DNA of 63,965 nucleotides, filler included, from Reticulomyxa filosa (lineage: Eukaryota > Protista > Foraminifera): assembly GCA_000512085.1 (NCBI GenBank). It is 20 parts of 20 records of this genome, joined end to end, with 100 filler letters (N's around TTAATTAATTAA, not from the genome) between each part and the next. Parts side by side here need not be neighbours in the genome. Positions count along the whole stretch, not along the records: positions 7,470 to 14,742 come from ASPP01018753.1; positions 14,843 to 16,849 come from ASPP01027355.1; positions 16,950 to 19,103 come from ASPP01007649.1; positions 19,204 to 29,462 come from ASPP01050784.1; 16 more parts are not named here. One strand, written 5' to 3'. This document shows, piece after piece, positions 11,950 to 24,953 of the stretch. The position numbers were made by a program, and so were the translations under genes. The notes under the pieces were generated by a model, which searched no databases, had not been told where the DNA came from, and saw nothing but the letters and a program-made list of their open reading frames with translations. Position 1 is the stretch's first letter. Each line of letters opens with the position of its first letter.

Positions 11950-13745
11950 TTGTATGTATCATCAAAATCGCTCCTGCCTATAGTCTAAGTAGCATACTTT
12001 GCTAGCGCAATAAGCCTTGCCCCATACTCAATAGGAGTTTATCTTTATAAATAGCGCTTTCGGTAATGAGTTAAATGATTTTTGTACATTGCGATAATGG
12101 ACATAATTCATCTTGGAATATCTCAATTTCCAATAAGTGCGCGGAAAATTAGTTAATGCTGCTTGCTTATAACAGTTCTAATTTTTGTATATTGTCGCAC
12201 CTCTTCCACTGTAAATGATTTATATTTGGATTTTATCATACATGTCCTTCGTGAAATTTATCTGGATTCTATTTAGTCCAAAAAAACCAAAAAAAATTTA
12301 GCAGTTGATAGACCTTCTTGGCAAATATATCGCTCTTTCGATTTTTTTCCTCTCTTGACTTGTTCTCTTGAAAAGCGACAAAAAAAAAAAATTGTGAGCA
12401 AACCTGGAAAAAGTAAATGATTATACCAATGACATTCGTCATTGCCGATGCTGCGAAATTGTCAAAGATATTTGTTTTGGAAACAAAGTCCCCAAAGCCA
12501 ATTATTGGCTCTTTGGCCAGGATTAGCACTGCCGACTGCACATCAAACATGAAAGAGCATGTGTCGTTTCGCCTTGCTACCTCCGCTTGCACTCTTGTCA
12601 CATGACCATAATTATACTTTTGTACAAACTTCTTTCGGGATGCGCAAGTATTCCATCAAATATTTCGCGAAAACGTGCCTTGTTTCAATAGACATATAAA
12701 TATATGTGTACATCTGTATGTATGTTTTATATAATGTGGCATCTTGATTAAATTGACAGGTAAGCAAATATAAAGCAAAATAGCGCAGAAGATGGAGTGC
12801 TGATGTCGCCTGATATGTTTTTTTAAATGTAGTGACACATCAGTGAAGCTGTTCCAGTGAACATGTGTAAATGATATGACCCCGTATTGATATTACTTAA
12901 TGTATTCTATGGGAAAAGACTCGGCAAAGCATGCTATGATAAAGGCAACATTATCCATAAATTGGGGCGAGGCCAGCACATGTCGTTCATTTGCGAAAAG
13001 GTTAGAAGACGATGATCTGTGCGCACGCCAAAAGTAATAACAGTGTTGTTGTGATCTCTGGTGGCTAGATCCAGTTCGATCAAGTACTGCCAGTACGTGT
13101 TGTACATGCAAAAGGATCCGTTCAAAATATCGCCAAGTAATTGCTGACATTTTATTTGCTTCGTTTTGTCCAATGCATTTTTGTTTTTGAATTCTCCGAC
13201 AATTGCTTGAGTCGATCGGGCGTGCACAACCATTTGACAACTCCTTCCTTTTGTAGATACGCACTAATTACTGTTCATTCATTTTATTAAACGTATCCAT
13301 TGCTTGTTCCAACTTTTCTTTTCGAAACTTTGCCATTGATTCTGCTGTTTAAATCACCTTTCTTTTTGCTCCTTTTTATTAGCTGCGCTTAGCAAAATCT
13401 CATTCTCCTGCTTACTATAAAAAAGGATGCCCATGTGGTCCTTCACGTACTTCAATAACTCCTCCGTGTTTAACTTCTTCGTTTGTACTTTGCAGGTAAT
13501 TCATTTCGTTGCAAATCATCAGATTTTTCAGCTCCTCGTTGTCCTTCATCTTCACATTCCAGCGAAACTCTTGGTGCAGTATTTTCATTTCCTCCACCAC
13601 ACTTTCTTGCTCCTTCCTGTCTTTCTGCGATATCTCCATCTCGATTCTTGCTTATATCCAACAATTTGTACTTGTAATACTCCTCGCTCCCTTGAATATA
13701 TCTTTTAAAATCAATAGAGTTATTTATTATTTGTCTTGCGACATA
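11950..13745 (-). pseudogene. Degraded coding sequence of unknown family
   Basis: Chain of short ORFs in shifting frames (coiled-coil-like start, ...WPRPNLWIMLP...). No identifiable motif. Confidence 0.3.
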
Positions 13746-13959
13746 GCGTCATTATTTTCTTAAAGAGTCTTTAAGAGCAAATCCAATAAAAATATTCACT
13801 CTATATGATACACTTTAATAAAAAGCGAGTAAATTTAAGTCAATAAAAATGAAGCATTTCATATTTATAAAGCAGCACACTTGTAGACACAAATCAATGT
13901 TTCTGCTTTCTTTTCTTTATTTTTCAATGGTGAAAATTGAAGAAAGTGTGTTCCACCGA

Positions 13960-14050
13960 TATTATTATTATAATAATCATCATCGAATGTGATTTGCTCT
14001 TCATCAAATGACAATACTATCCGTCTTTGAGATGTTCAATCAAATAAGGA
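13960..14050 (+). pseudogene. WD40 repeat relic
   Basis: ICSSSNDNTIRL*DVQSNK resembles the WD40 repeats at 23435-24529. Confidence 0.5.
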
Positions 14051-14636
14051 TCACTTTATGTCAAAGTTCCTTTTTGTTTTCAAACATTCTTCAAAAACTA
14101 CAAAACACTATGTTGAAAATCTTTTTAAAAAACTTGTATACTCAGTTTTGTACAAATTTTTAAAATCTTGTCTTCATCGAAAAAAAATTATATACATTGT
14201 TAAAATCCTATTTCACGTTGCCAAAAAATTTTTAAAAACCCCTTTCATTACCCTTAGGAAAAAAAGTTCAATCCATTTTACGTCATCAAAAATAATCTTA
14301 AGCATGACCACTCTTACCAATGAGAAGCAAAGTCATATATCCTTACATTGTTGATGTTCCATTTGCATTCATGCACTATAAATTTTAATAACATTTTATA
14401 AGATCACAAAAATACAATCTAATTCTTTCAAAGAACAATTTTCAGTTATTATGCTTTTCAATTCTTTAAAAAGCATTGAATGCAACGTTTTCCATTTTAC
14501 TTTGCTGTTTAAAAAAATTGAAAAAAATCTTTCAATGCTTACATTCAACCAAATCAAACAATTTTAACATCACATTACTTTCCCTTAATCAGCGTTTCAA
14601 AAAAAACACTCATTTCTTATTCGACAAAAAAGTAAA

Positions 14637-14742
14637 TTATCTCCAAATACGAATGGGACCTTTGCGTGAACCATAACATAAATTCAAATCATATGTAACA
14701 TTATTTGTCTTCTCTTTCGTTTTCAATCCAATAAATTTAAGA
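14637..14742 (-). CDS. 3' end of a WD40-family gene
   Basis: LKFIGLKTKEK...LNLCYGSRKGPIRIWR* is homologous to the C-terminus of 23155-24529 (INLCYGSCKGTICVWG*). Confidence 0.75.
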
Positions 14743-14939
14743 NNNNNNNNNNNNNNNNNNNNNNNNNNNNNNNNNNNNNNNNNNNNTTAATTAATTAANN
14801 NNNNNNNNNNNNNNNNNNNNNNNNNNNNNNNNNNNNNNNNNNTTCCAAATTCACACAGAAATATTAAATAATATAAATATATGTTTATATTTATATTATT
14901 TATTTATTTTATTTTAAACTTTGACAATAGCAGATTCTA

Positions 14940-15870
14940 CATCTGCTTTTTTATTTCTTTTAAGTAATTCACCGCCACTCCGCGTTTCTTGCGGCTGTCA
15001 CTCAATCGTTCCGCCACAAAGTCTGCTTTCTTGCCTTTTTTTTTTACTATTTTTACAAAATAGTATTGTTTGCTCCATCATTGACACTCCAACAAACAAA
15101 CAAACAAACAATGCACATCATTACTTTGGTTATTGAACATTAGAGTCTGCATCGACCCTATCATCAATATATATGCACATATACGTATACATGAAGGAAT
15201 ATTTGCTAGTGATAAATATATGTATATATAAACCTTCAATGATTTGTGCGGAAGAACCTTTACTGGTGGACAAGATAACGAGAATGGCAGGGTTTTCAGA
15301 CCAGGATTGATAGTTGTATAGCGCCACATTGAACTTGGTTTCGGCGCTGGCTTCAACCGACAAGAAGCAAGCCTGACTTGACATAATCACATGTGTATCC
15401 TTATCTCCTTTATTGTCGACTTTGCGTAATAAATTCAATTTTGTATTCGCTGGAGGCTTGCTCATGTATTGATCGAATGACTCCAAATACTCTTTCAATG
15501 GAATGCTCTTCAATGCTTGGTCTTTCTTTTCATTTCCCACCACAATCACCATCTTATCCATACTCATGTCCCATGTCTTATCACTATAATTTGGCTCACG
15601 TATCACTGGCATCAACTCTTTATTCACTTGCAGTGTCATGTCACTAATGCAAGGACTTTTTTTTTTTTACGTAGGATTGTGCCAATTTTTTTTTGGAACT
15701 CGCTTCAAAAGAAAAAAAAGCAGTCTTTTTTGCAGCCCGAATACAGAGTTTTTGCTGCGCGTATTGCCTCCCATGTCACATTCATTATGTTCAATTTATG
15801 TTTTGCCATTAGTTTCTTTGCTTCCGAATTGTCTTTTTGTTGTTTTTTTTTTTTTGGAGTGGTCATCATG
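14940..15870 (-). CDS. Uncharacterised 'WEDxxR..GPxISDMT' family protein, multi-exon, one frameshift
   Basis: Spliced reading: LNIMNVTWE(D)NTRSKNSVFG|PCISDMTLQV...MPVIREPNYSDKT...SSQACFL...FNVALYNYQS...PAILVILSTSKGSSAQII E|GSMQTLMFNNQ|SKKADFVAERLSD. Requires a GC-AG intron at 15656-15736 and a 1-nt correction near 15767. Confidence 0.65.
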
Positions 15871-16949
15871 ACTCGTTTGTGCTGTTTCAAAAAAAAAGAG
15901 TGCAAGTTTTGAAAAACCAAACAATGCAATTTTTACAATTTGTCATTTTTTGGACTTCTCTTATCACTGACTCCAAAAGAATAGTCGACATAATTCTTCT
16001 GGATATTGCAAGAAAAACTTTAAACACAAACTTTGCTAGACAGTCCCTTGTTTGCTGTTTTTTCAACAGTGTTTTTAATTCTTTTTTTCTTGTTGATGTA
16101 AATGTAATAAGATTTGACATTTTTATTTTAAAAAAAGAGTTTTAAATGTAACATAATGAACACTTATTTAAATTTCTTAATTAAGATGTTTTTGATTTGA
16201 TGACAACCATGTCTTGTCTCTTTTGAGTGGAAACAAAAATTGACATCTAATTATCTTTTGTCAAATAATGTAATTAATTGGAAAAGAATACAACTTTACA
16301 CCGATTTTCTTGATTGAAATGCGATGTCATAAGTAGCTGTATCTTCAATTTGCATAAGACTTTTTGATGAATTGGTTATTGTGTTGAAATATGAATTTCA
16401 AAGAAATACAATTATTTCAATCAGTGTAATCATACACACGTGAGAGTTCCTTTAAAATAATTTTTTAAAAGAAAGAAAACTTGATACTTTGTAGAAGGAG
16501 AGCTAATGTAATCAATTTTCTATGTTATTCACAGAACAGAAGAACAAATTAATGTTACCAAAAAAAATTCTCCAATTTTATCTTAGATAAAAAATTGGAT
16601 TGAATTATTTGTGTTTTCAATAAAAATTTAACCTTGTTTGAAAAATTTAACTTAAAGCAAAAAGTTCTTACTCCTACTTGTACAAAAAAAAGGGGAAAAA
16701 GAGTTTAATCATGTTAATCTTGCAAGCGGAAGAAGGCGAAACAGTAAAAGTAAAAAGTTTAACAACTTTCTCACTTGAAGGTTGTTATGATAAAGACTGG
16801 GTGGAAGCCTCGAATAAACAAAGCAGAGTAAAAGGTCTACAGTGTTTACNNNNNNNNNNNNNNNNNNNNNNNNNNNNNNNNNNNNNNNNNNNNTTAATTA
16901 ATTAANNNNNNNNNNNNNNNNNNNNNNNNNNNNNNNNNNNNNNNNNNNN

Positions 16950-16974
16950 TTCTTCTCTATCATCATTATCATCA

Positions 16975-17011
<37 letters not shown>

Positions 17012-17475
17012 CATTATTGTTGACATTTCGCATATCATGCATGTCCTGCATGTCACGCATGTCATGAACAGTGCGCATGGCATGCAGATGGTGAGGATGT
17101 GCACGTGAATATATGTTATCCTCGTCGTTGTCGTTGTCGTTGTCGTCGTCGTCGTCGGCATTGTAATTGCGCTCGCTGCGAGGAGGGGAGCGTCCTCGTG
17201 TCGCGCCCTGTTTTTTTCTGAGACCAACGTGCTTTCTCCTTTTCTTTTTGTGCAAATATTCGGGTTCTTTTCCGCTGCTGGTCATAGGTATTGTGGTAGC
17301 CGGACTCATCGGCATGACCTCCACGAAGCCATCCTCATCATCTTCGTCTGCATCCCCACCTCCATCTCCATCCCCATCCTCATCCCCACCACTGTTCAAG
17401 TCGTGTTGAATGCGTGGAGGAGACAAGTGTAATTCGTCCATGACATCGACATTAGTCTTTGACAATTGCATTTGT

Positions 17476-17510
<35 letters not shown>

Positions 17511-17767
17511 GCTGTTGCTGTTGCTGTTGCTGTGGAGGAAGACTTGTGACAGTGGCGGCAGCAATGACCGTAGCAATAGCAGCACTGGCACTATCATCCA
17601 AGTTGTTCAAAGGCGTGACAATACCATCAGAAGAGTCACCCCCAAGTGCATATCCCGCTCTCGAATGTGCCAAGTCGTTGATATTGCCACGACTCACCGT
17701 TACCACTGAGCCTCCATCGCCACTAACATTATTATTATTATTATTATTGTTATTATTATTATTATTA

Positions 17768-17814
<47 letters not shown>

Positions 17815-19073
17815 GTTATCATTGGAATACACAATCAATGCTTTTTTCGTTTGCGGCGACTTTGGTGGTTTGGCAATGATGGGCACTGCAGTGGACCCGG
17901 AGATATCGACATGGCCATAACTGGTTGTGGCGTGTGGTGTAGATGCTGATGAACGTTCTTCGGAAGGAAGCGGTCGTCTGACTCGCGGAACTGCCTCCGT
18001 CGATTGGTTCTGACTGCTACTGCTGTGTTCGCTTCTCGTGGTTCGCGGCGAAAACATACCCATGTTTTGCAACGTTGGCACAAACGACGAGCGAGACTCG
18101 CTGGGCACTCCAATGCGCTGGATCATGCGATAGCCATTGCCGACACTCTGGCTATTGCTGTGATTGCTCTTATTGCTCACATTGTCATGCGCCGGAAAAC
18201 GCGACGCTACAAACTCTTGCGACGACAGGTCTTTTTCGTCCGTGTCGTGCACATTCGATACCGAGTCGCGGCTGCCGCGATATGTCGTCGCACTGACTCC
18301 AACTCCAACACCAACACCGACTCCGACTCCGACTCCAACTCCAACTCCGACACCGGCCACACCACCGAGCATCTCATTCAGCTTCTCGACAGACAAGTAC
18401 TGGATCTTACGCTTACGTACAATGGCTTGGCTGGAGTCGATCGTCGGAGGTTTATGATGTAAATGCACATTGCTATGGTTCATCATTTTTTATTATTATT
18501 TTTTTTTTTTATATTAATATTGATATTTGATTGTTGATATTTCAAAAAAAAATTGAATTGTGATTATAGTAAATACATAGTATTTACTATAATCACAATT
18601 CAAGATTTTCAAACATCCAACTAGCGAACATTAAAAATTATGCAAAACAAAGAAACAAAACCTGTTTCCTGGCAGACGACAACAAAGCTCGAGCAGATTG
18701 GAGAAGCAACCTCTCGAGTATGGAGATGCATGGGCGAAGAGATTGCGCAATTGCTCATTTGTGGTTTGGTTGGTGGAGATCAAAAAGACGTGATAGGACA
18801 GCAGCAGCGTGGGGAACCACCCTGCCAAAATGTCGAAGCACGCCAGTGCAAACGCATAGGGGTCATGTTGGAGCATTATGTAGAACCGCATATACAATTT
18901 GTGGTTGTTACTGGAGTGAGTCCGAGCATAGGCATTCGGATGAGTGAACGGTTCATTCAGCAGCCAAATGCACCACAGTCCTATCCACACGCATTCCAAG
19001 CTCAAGCATAGTAAAAACAATATGAAGCTGGAATAGTTTCTTGCCGCAATGCAATTACCAATCCAAGGACAAT
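16950..19073 (-). CDS. DHHC-type palmitoyltransferase (partial) with long low-complexity C-tail
   Basis: Exon from 19073 reads (H)CPWIGNCIAARNY, two TM helices, TTNE motif and SPYSRGCFSNL (PaCCT-like). Tail has poly-N/Q/GV tracts. Confidence 0.88.
18553..18603. repeat. Perfect intronic palindrome (24-bp arms, 3-nt loop)
   Basis: TTGAATTGTGATTATAGTAAATAC-ATA-GTATTTACTATAATCACAATTCAA, inside the predicted DHHC intron. Confidence 0.92.
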
Positions 19074-21879
19074 CTTTTTTTTTTTAAAAAAAAAAAAAAA
19101 AAANNNNNNNNNNNNNNNNNNNNNNNNNNNNNNNNNNNNNNNNNNNNTTAATTAATTAANNNNNNNNNNNNNNNNNNNNNNNNNNNNNNNNNNNNNNNNN
19201 NNNTAAAAACAAAATATATTTTTGGACTCACCACGATATATATATTTCATTTAAGCAAAAGTTTGAAAAGTTTTTTTTCATAAATTTGATTGTAAATTTT
19301 TGCGTCAGTTCATTTTAGGGGATTTTTTTTTTGTTAATAAAAGATCATGCCAATTAATTGCTTTGAAATTATTGTATTACAATATTACTTTGGAAGTTGA
19401 CGGAAGTGTCAGTATTATTGATTTTTTGTTATATACATTTGATAATTATCGATTAACTTTAAAAATACTTTCACAGAATTTATGCGATACGATATTAAAG
19501 AATTGTTACAGCTAAATAAAAATTATGTAAGTGATCACTTACCAGTTGCAGCAGTGTCTGTAACTCAGTAAAAATGGATACAAAAAAACTCAAAACAAAG
19601 GCAAGCTAAAAAGAGAACTTTTAACATCATTACTTCAATTGTGGTAGGTATTTTAAGTATGCAGTTTTTTTTCCAACTTACTGTAACACGCATTCCAAAC
19701 ACAATGAAGTTTCATTTGCACTGTTGAAAAAAAGAAAAAAAAATGATATGTCAATTTACTTGTTATAGCAGTTCTATGGGCTTTTTATTTCAAGGTTAGG
19801 ACGTGATCAAAAAATCTTCGATATCCGAGTTTTTGACTTTTAAAGCGTACCTATAAAAACAACTATTCTTTTCGTAAGCAAACAAAAATTTATTCGTTAA
19901 TTTTGTGTAGTTTGTCTTTTTTCTCGATTCAAACCAATATCCATTTGTTGATACTCTCATTGTAAAGTTTGAATCTCAAAAAATAAATCTTCTTTTATTC
20001 CATTTAATCAAGTAGAAATTTGAACAAATGCACATTAAATCCCAATTCGAGTTGTTTTTTTTTTATTAAAGCTCAACACTCCTTTTCGTCGTCTTTTCAT
20101 GTATGAAGTTAGACAATGGGTGTTATGTTTAAAAGATTTTTGTGTGCTGTTATATGGAGTTTTTTTGATTTTAATTGTTTTCCCTTCAATTTTTGTTACA
20201 GAAGCACCTGCACAAGAAAACAGTGACCCTCACGGCCTTTCTAGGTATGTTCAGTTTTCCAACTTTGTTTAACTTGGACTAGCGAACTTATCGCTTTTTT
20301 TTTTTAGAAAAAAACTGCACTGTTTTGTTCAAACTTATCTTATACAACTCTCCTTTTCTTTTCAGAGTTTGCAAGTCTGTTTTATCGATATTTACAGATA
20401 AGAGTTATTACGTGTGATCCTTCAAGTTTTTATATCACCAAAGTTAGGCCAGAACTAATCCTTATCACGTTCCCATTGTTTTTTAAAAATTTCAAATAAT
20501 AACACTACGTATGACCTGCTATAGAAGAGAAGCTAAGTACTTTTTTGGGATATATTTTGGCTGAAATATTCAACTCTGGTTATGTCCCTTGTCATAATAT
20601 ATAGTAACCACTTTATGACTTGTTTCTCCAAAATTTGTGCTATTAATATGTTAGCAATCCAAGATAAAGAATACTTTTCTCCTGGTGTATTTCTTTTATT
20701 TGTTCGGTCGTAATGACACCGTTCTGAAGCAGGTTATATATCTACGTTGAGTTTCTGTATTTCAATAGCGCTTTCCCGAACAACATTAGTTTTTTGTCAT
20801 ATGGTGGTTCGACGTATGATTTGCTTCTGTTCCAATGTTTCATAAAGGTAACTGATGTTGAACAAGAAAAACTTTGCTTGTAATCACATGAAACATCTTC
20901 ATGTTCACTAACAATAGTAAGTAAGAAACAAGATCTTTAGCTTGTTTCCAAAAGAAAAACATTACATCTGCCAAAATAAAAAATGAACTATGCCCTTTAA
21001 AACACTTTAGCTAATTTTCTGATCCTATTTGAAGATATTAATGTAACTGAAGTGATTGTTCACATACAACAAAAGAAATAAACATATTTTTATTCGGCTT
21101 TACACAAAATCCTTTTCTGGAAAATTCAAATACAATCATATGGATGCAACACTACATCACATTCGTTCATTGAATATTTTAGGAAACTGATGTTTTGGCG
21201 ATCATTTTGATTGATCTGGTCGAAAGTACAATGTTAAATATAATCAAAAATTCTTGTCGACTCTATCTTTTTTTTGGAGGGAAAAACTTTGACAGTACTT
21301 TGCAGAAGTGAAAATACTTGCGCATATTTTCGTTTATTATGTAGACTGCAGATTTATATCATAACCATATCTTCGTCAATACTTTTTCATAACAAAAATA
21401 CAATTAAATTGGATATAAATTATTGATATCATTTCTTCGTTTTATAAACATCTCACGCATTATCAAGTAAAAAATTATAGTATTATTTTTGTTTCAGGGT
21501 AGTCTTTTTGTTTGTAGCATATTTTATTTAATCGCTACGGCAAAATGTATTATCTCTTTCGTCAAAAAAAACGAAACGATTTTCTTAATACAAATAAATT
21601 AAAAAAAAAAGAGATCGTCCCACACATGGCGCCAAATTAAACAATTGCTTCATTCTACAGAATGGCTTTATCGAATTGATATAAAACAAAAACAGAAACA
21701 GACACAAAAAAATGAAAGTAATACCAAATACCACGCTAATCAAGAAACAGCACAAATGCTGTCAAAATGGAAGTCCCTGACAGAAAATATGTTAGATTTG
21801 TTTTGTTTGAAATCTTGGTGAAACCCATTCATTTGTTTTGTTTTTGAAATGATTATATTGCATAGAGGCGCAAGGAGGT

Positions 21880-22485
21880 TTCGCAGTCTTGCTGGTAGAC
21901 ATAACAAGTGCAATTTAGACTCTGATAATAGTAAAGAGTTGCTCTCGGATTTTTAAAGTTCAAGATGTCGATTTGTGTAATAATGTTAAGTTATTCTCGT
22001 TGTTATTATTATTCTTTTTTTTTTCAATCAAGTTACATGCAAATTCATATTCACAAACAGTCCACATTGACTGTCGCCAAGTTGAACATGTATTTGATGG
22101 AAAATAATTTGACTACATAATGGGGAAGAAAACAACAATTGGTTGATTCCATCCAAAAGGTTGTTTTTTGGTTTTGTGTTTTTTTTTTTAAATTTATTTA
22201 ATCTATTTATATTTTCATATGTGATTCTCATGCTAATCGATCTGACCGAAACTCCATTTGTAAATAGTATACATTCTGTTTTTGTGGAGCATCATTTTTG
22301 TCATTTGTGGATAACAAGCACAATGTCAATGCTTCTGCTGTCGTAGTTTTTTCCACCAAGAGCATTTCATCTGAAGTAAGACGATACGATCCAAATTGTG
22401 GCAGCGCCAGACAAGTCTGTAATGCCTGTCTCAGCTGCTCCAATAATTGCACTGGCTCTTTATGGTTTTCGATGGCCTTTGCCAT
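21880..22485 (-). CDS. Hypothetical protein or pseudogene fragments
   Basis: Short coding-like exons (22228-22485, 22028-22160) separated by A-rich intron-like sequence. Confidence 0.3.
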
Positions 22486-23154
22486 GTTGAGCGAGCCAGT
22501 AATGTTTAATTATTTTTTAAAAAAATGTTAAACTATCAATCTTTTCAGACATAACTTAGTTTAAGTGCTGTAACGCTTTGATGTCTTCATTATGGCCAAG
22601 CAAAAAATATAATTATGTTTGTTTTGTCTTTTTTTTTTTGTTTTTCCATTATTTAGTGATTTGAAAATCATTTTATTTGAAACAAGAGTAAAATCTGTAT
22701 TGGTAACGTTATAACAAGTTTAACAAAAACAATACCCAAAAAATTGTTTGTTTTTCAATGTTTTTTTTGTGATACAAAAACGTGATTTCATATCTTTAAA
22801 CTTTTTTTCTTGCGGCTAAATAGGCATTTTTAACAAACGCATCAAAATCATCAACATTAATAATGATCAAAATGACGAAATCGTAAATTCGGCTCCACAA
22901 ATATACTACAAAGTTTACAACATATTTTAAACACAAACAATCGACACACCAAATAATGAACATTGCGATTTTATAAAGAAAATTTTAAATTTCTAAAGCT
23001 GTAAAATCAAAATTAAAAATATATCACAATTACTTAATATACTATCTAAATTTTGCTCAATTCTAATTTTATTTTAAAAAATTCAACAGTACGCTACTTC
23101 AAAAAAAAAAAAAAATCATCAAAAAGATATTGATTGATCTAAAAAGTTGAAAGA

Positions 23155-24529
23155 ATGACTGCTCCTCTTGCTGAAAAACAGATGTCACCGCCAATATTGG
23201 TAATCTTCATTTTAAGCTTGGAATCTGTTTTTAGGTTCATTGTTTGTGTTTTGTGATTAAATCAGTCAGAAAAAGAAAAGGTTGAAGTAATTATTCGACA
23301 TTGGATTCAAGTATTAAATATTAAATTAGGGTGGATTCATGATTTTGACGAAATTATCTTTAAATTTGTTATTTTGTCTTTTGTGTTGAATTCAATACAA
23401 ATTAAACGATTCAAATATTTATTCATTACAGGCCATGGATATCTTCATGTTTGACATCTTTCATTCGTCTCAATTACTAAATACTTTCAGTGGACATACC
23501 AATCGTGTGACAAGTGTTGATTATTCAACATTCGATGGTGATCAATTCATTTGTTCTAGCTCAGCTGATAAAACAGTTCGTGTATGGGATTTAAAAACAG
23601 ACAAGCAAATTCAATTAATAAGTGAATATTCAAGTTACACATATTGTGTGAAATTTTCAACTTACCATCGTCGTCTGCATCGTAATGTCATTTGTTTTTC
23701 ATCATTTGACAAAACCATTCTTTTTTGGGATATAAAAAACAATCGACAATTGCAAGCATTTGATGGACATGGCAGTAATGTTTTTGGTATTGAATTATCA
23801 CAATTTAGTGGTGGTCGATATTTATGTTCTGGATCACATGACAAAACTATTTACTTGTGGGATATTGAAACATGTAAGTCATTGCATGTTTTCAATGGAC
23901 ATACACATACTGTTTGGTGTGTAGATTTTTCACCATTGCAAAGCAATAATAACAACAGTGATAAAAGTAATAGCATTGGTGTAATTGGTGGTAATGGGTA
24001 CACAATTTGTTCTGGGTCATGGGATAAAACCATTCGTATATGGGATATTGAAACAACTGAGCAATCGATTGTATTCGAAGGACACAAGCATTGGATTATG
24101 AGTGTAAAATATGGATCAAATGAATTAGGAAATACTGGTGGTGCAAATACAATATTATCTGGGTCAATTGATCAAAGTGTTCGTTTGTGGGATATTCGGT
24201 CTGGTCAGCAAATTCAAGTGTTTAATGGACATACAAGATCTGTGACGTGCGTTGAATATTCGCCATTTGTAGTGGATAGCATTGAAGTTGGTGATAGTTC
24301 AAATGTTATATGTTCTGGATCATTGGACAATACAATTCGTTTTTGGGATATTCGGTCAAACAAGAATGCATTACACGTGATGAACGATAAAAAGGATGGT
24401 GATGGAGTATATTGTCTAAAATTTTTGTTATTGGAAAGGAAAGAAAAGTACAATGGAAAGATAAATAAATCTTATGGTATTAATTTATGTTATGGTTCGT
24501 GCAAAGGTACAATTTGTGTTTGGGGATAA
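23155..24529 (+). CDS. WD40-repeat protein (expanded lineage-specific family)
   Basis: About 7 GH...WD repeats and an IGVIGGNGYTICSGS insert. Upstream exons encode VIIRHWIQVLNIKLGWIHDFDEIIFK. Two short introns. Confidence 0.92.
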
Positions 24530-24953
24530 AATGACTATTTTTTTTAAGATTTTGGTTTTTAATGAACAAAAAAAGGAATTACAATTAATGTATATATTTA
24601 CGTCACTTATCAAATACTTTTGTATCCTCATCTTCGCGTATTCCCTCTATTAGTCCTTTGAAAATAACATGGCTGTCATGTTTTCTTTAAGTCAAAATTA
24701 CTAAAAAAAGACGCCTTACAACTGTTCCTGACCTAATTGCTTTTAGACATGAACCATTGCCAAAAAAACAGTAAGAGTGTATGCATTTGCAAAAGCGGTC
24801 AAAATTTTGTTTATTTTTCAAAGAAAGCTAGATTTGTGCAGTAAATTGGTCATTACATTGTATTTTGTAAAATAGATTGGACATTACAACTTATTATATA
24901 TTTAAAAAAAAAAAACAATTTTTGCTTTTTTTTTTTTCCCCTCCTGAATTTTG

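Noticed and set aside
17459-17920. Poly-Cys/poly-Leu ORFs and similar antisense ORFs (2486-2983, 31444-31737, 44677-44892)
   Set aside because: Shadows of (AAT)n/(CAA)n coding microsatellites on the opposite strand.
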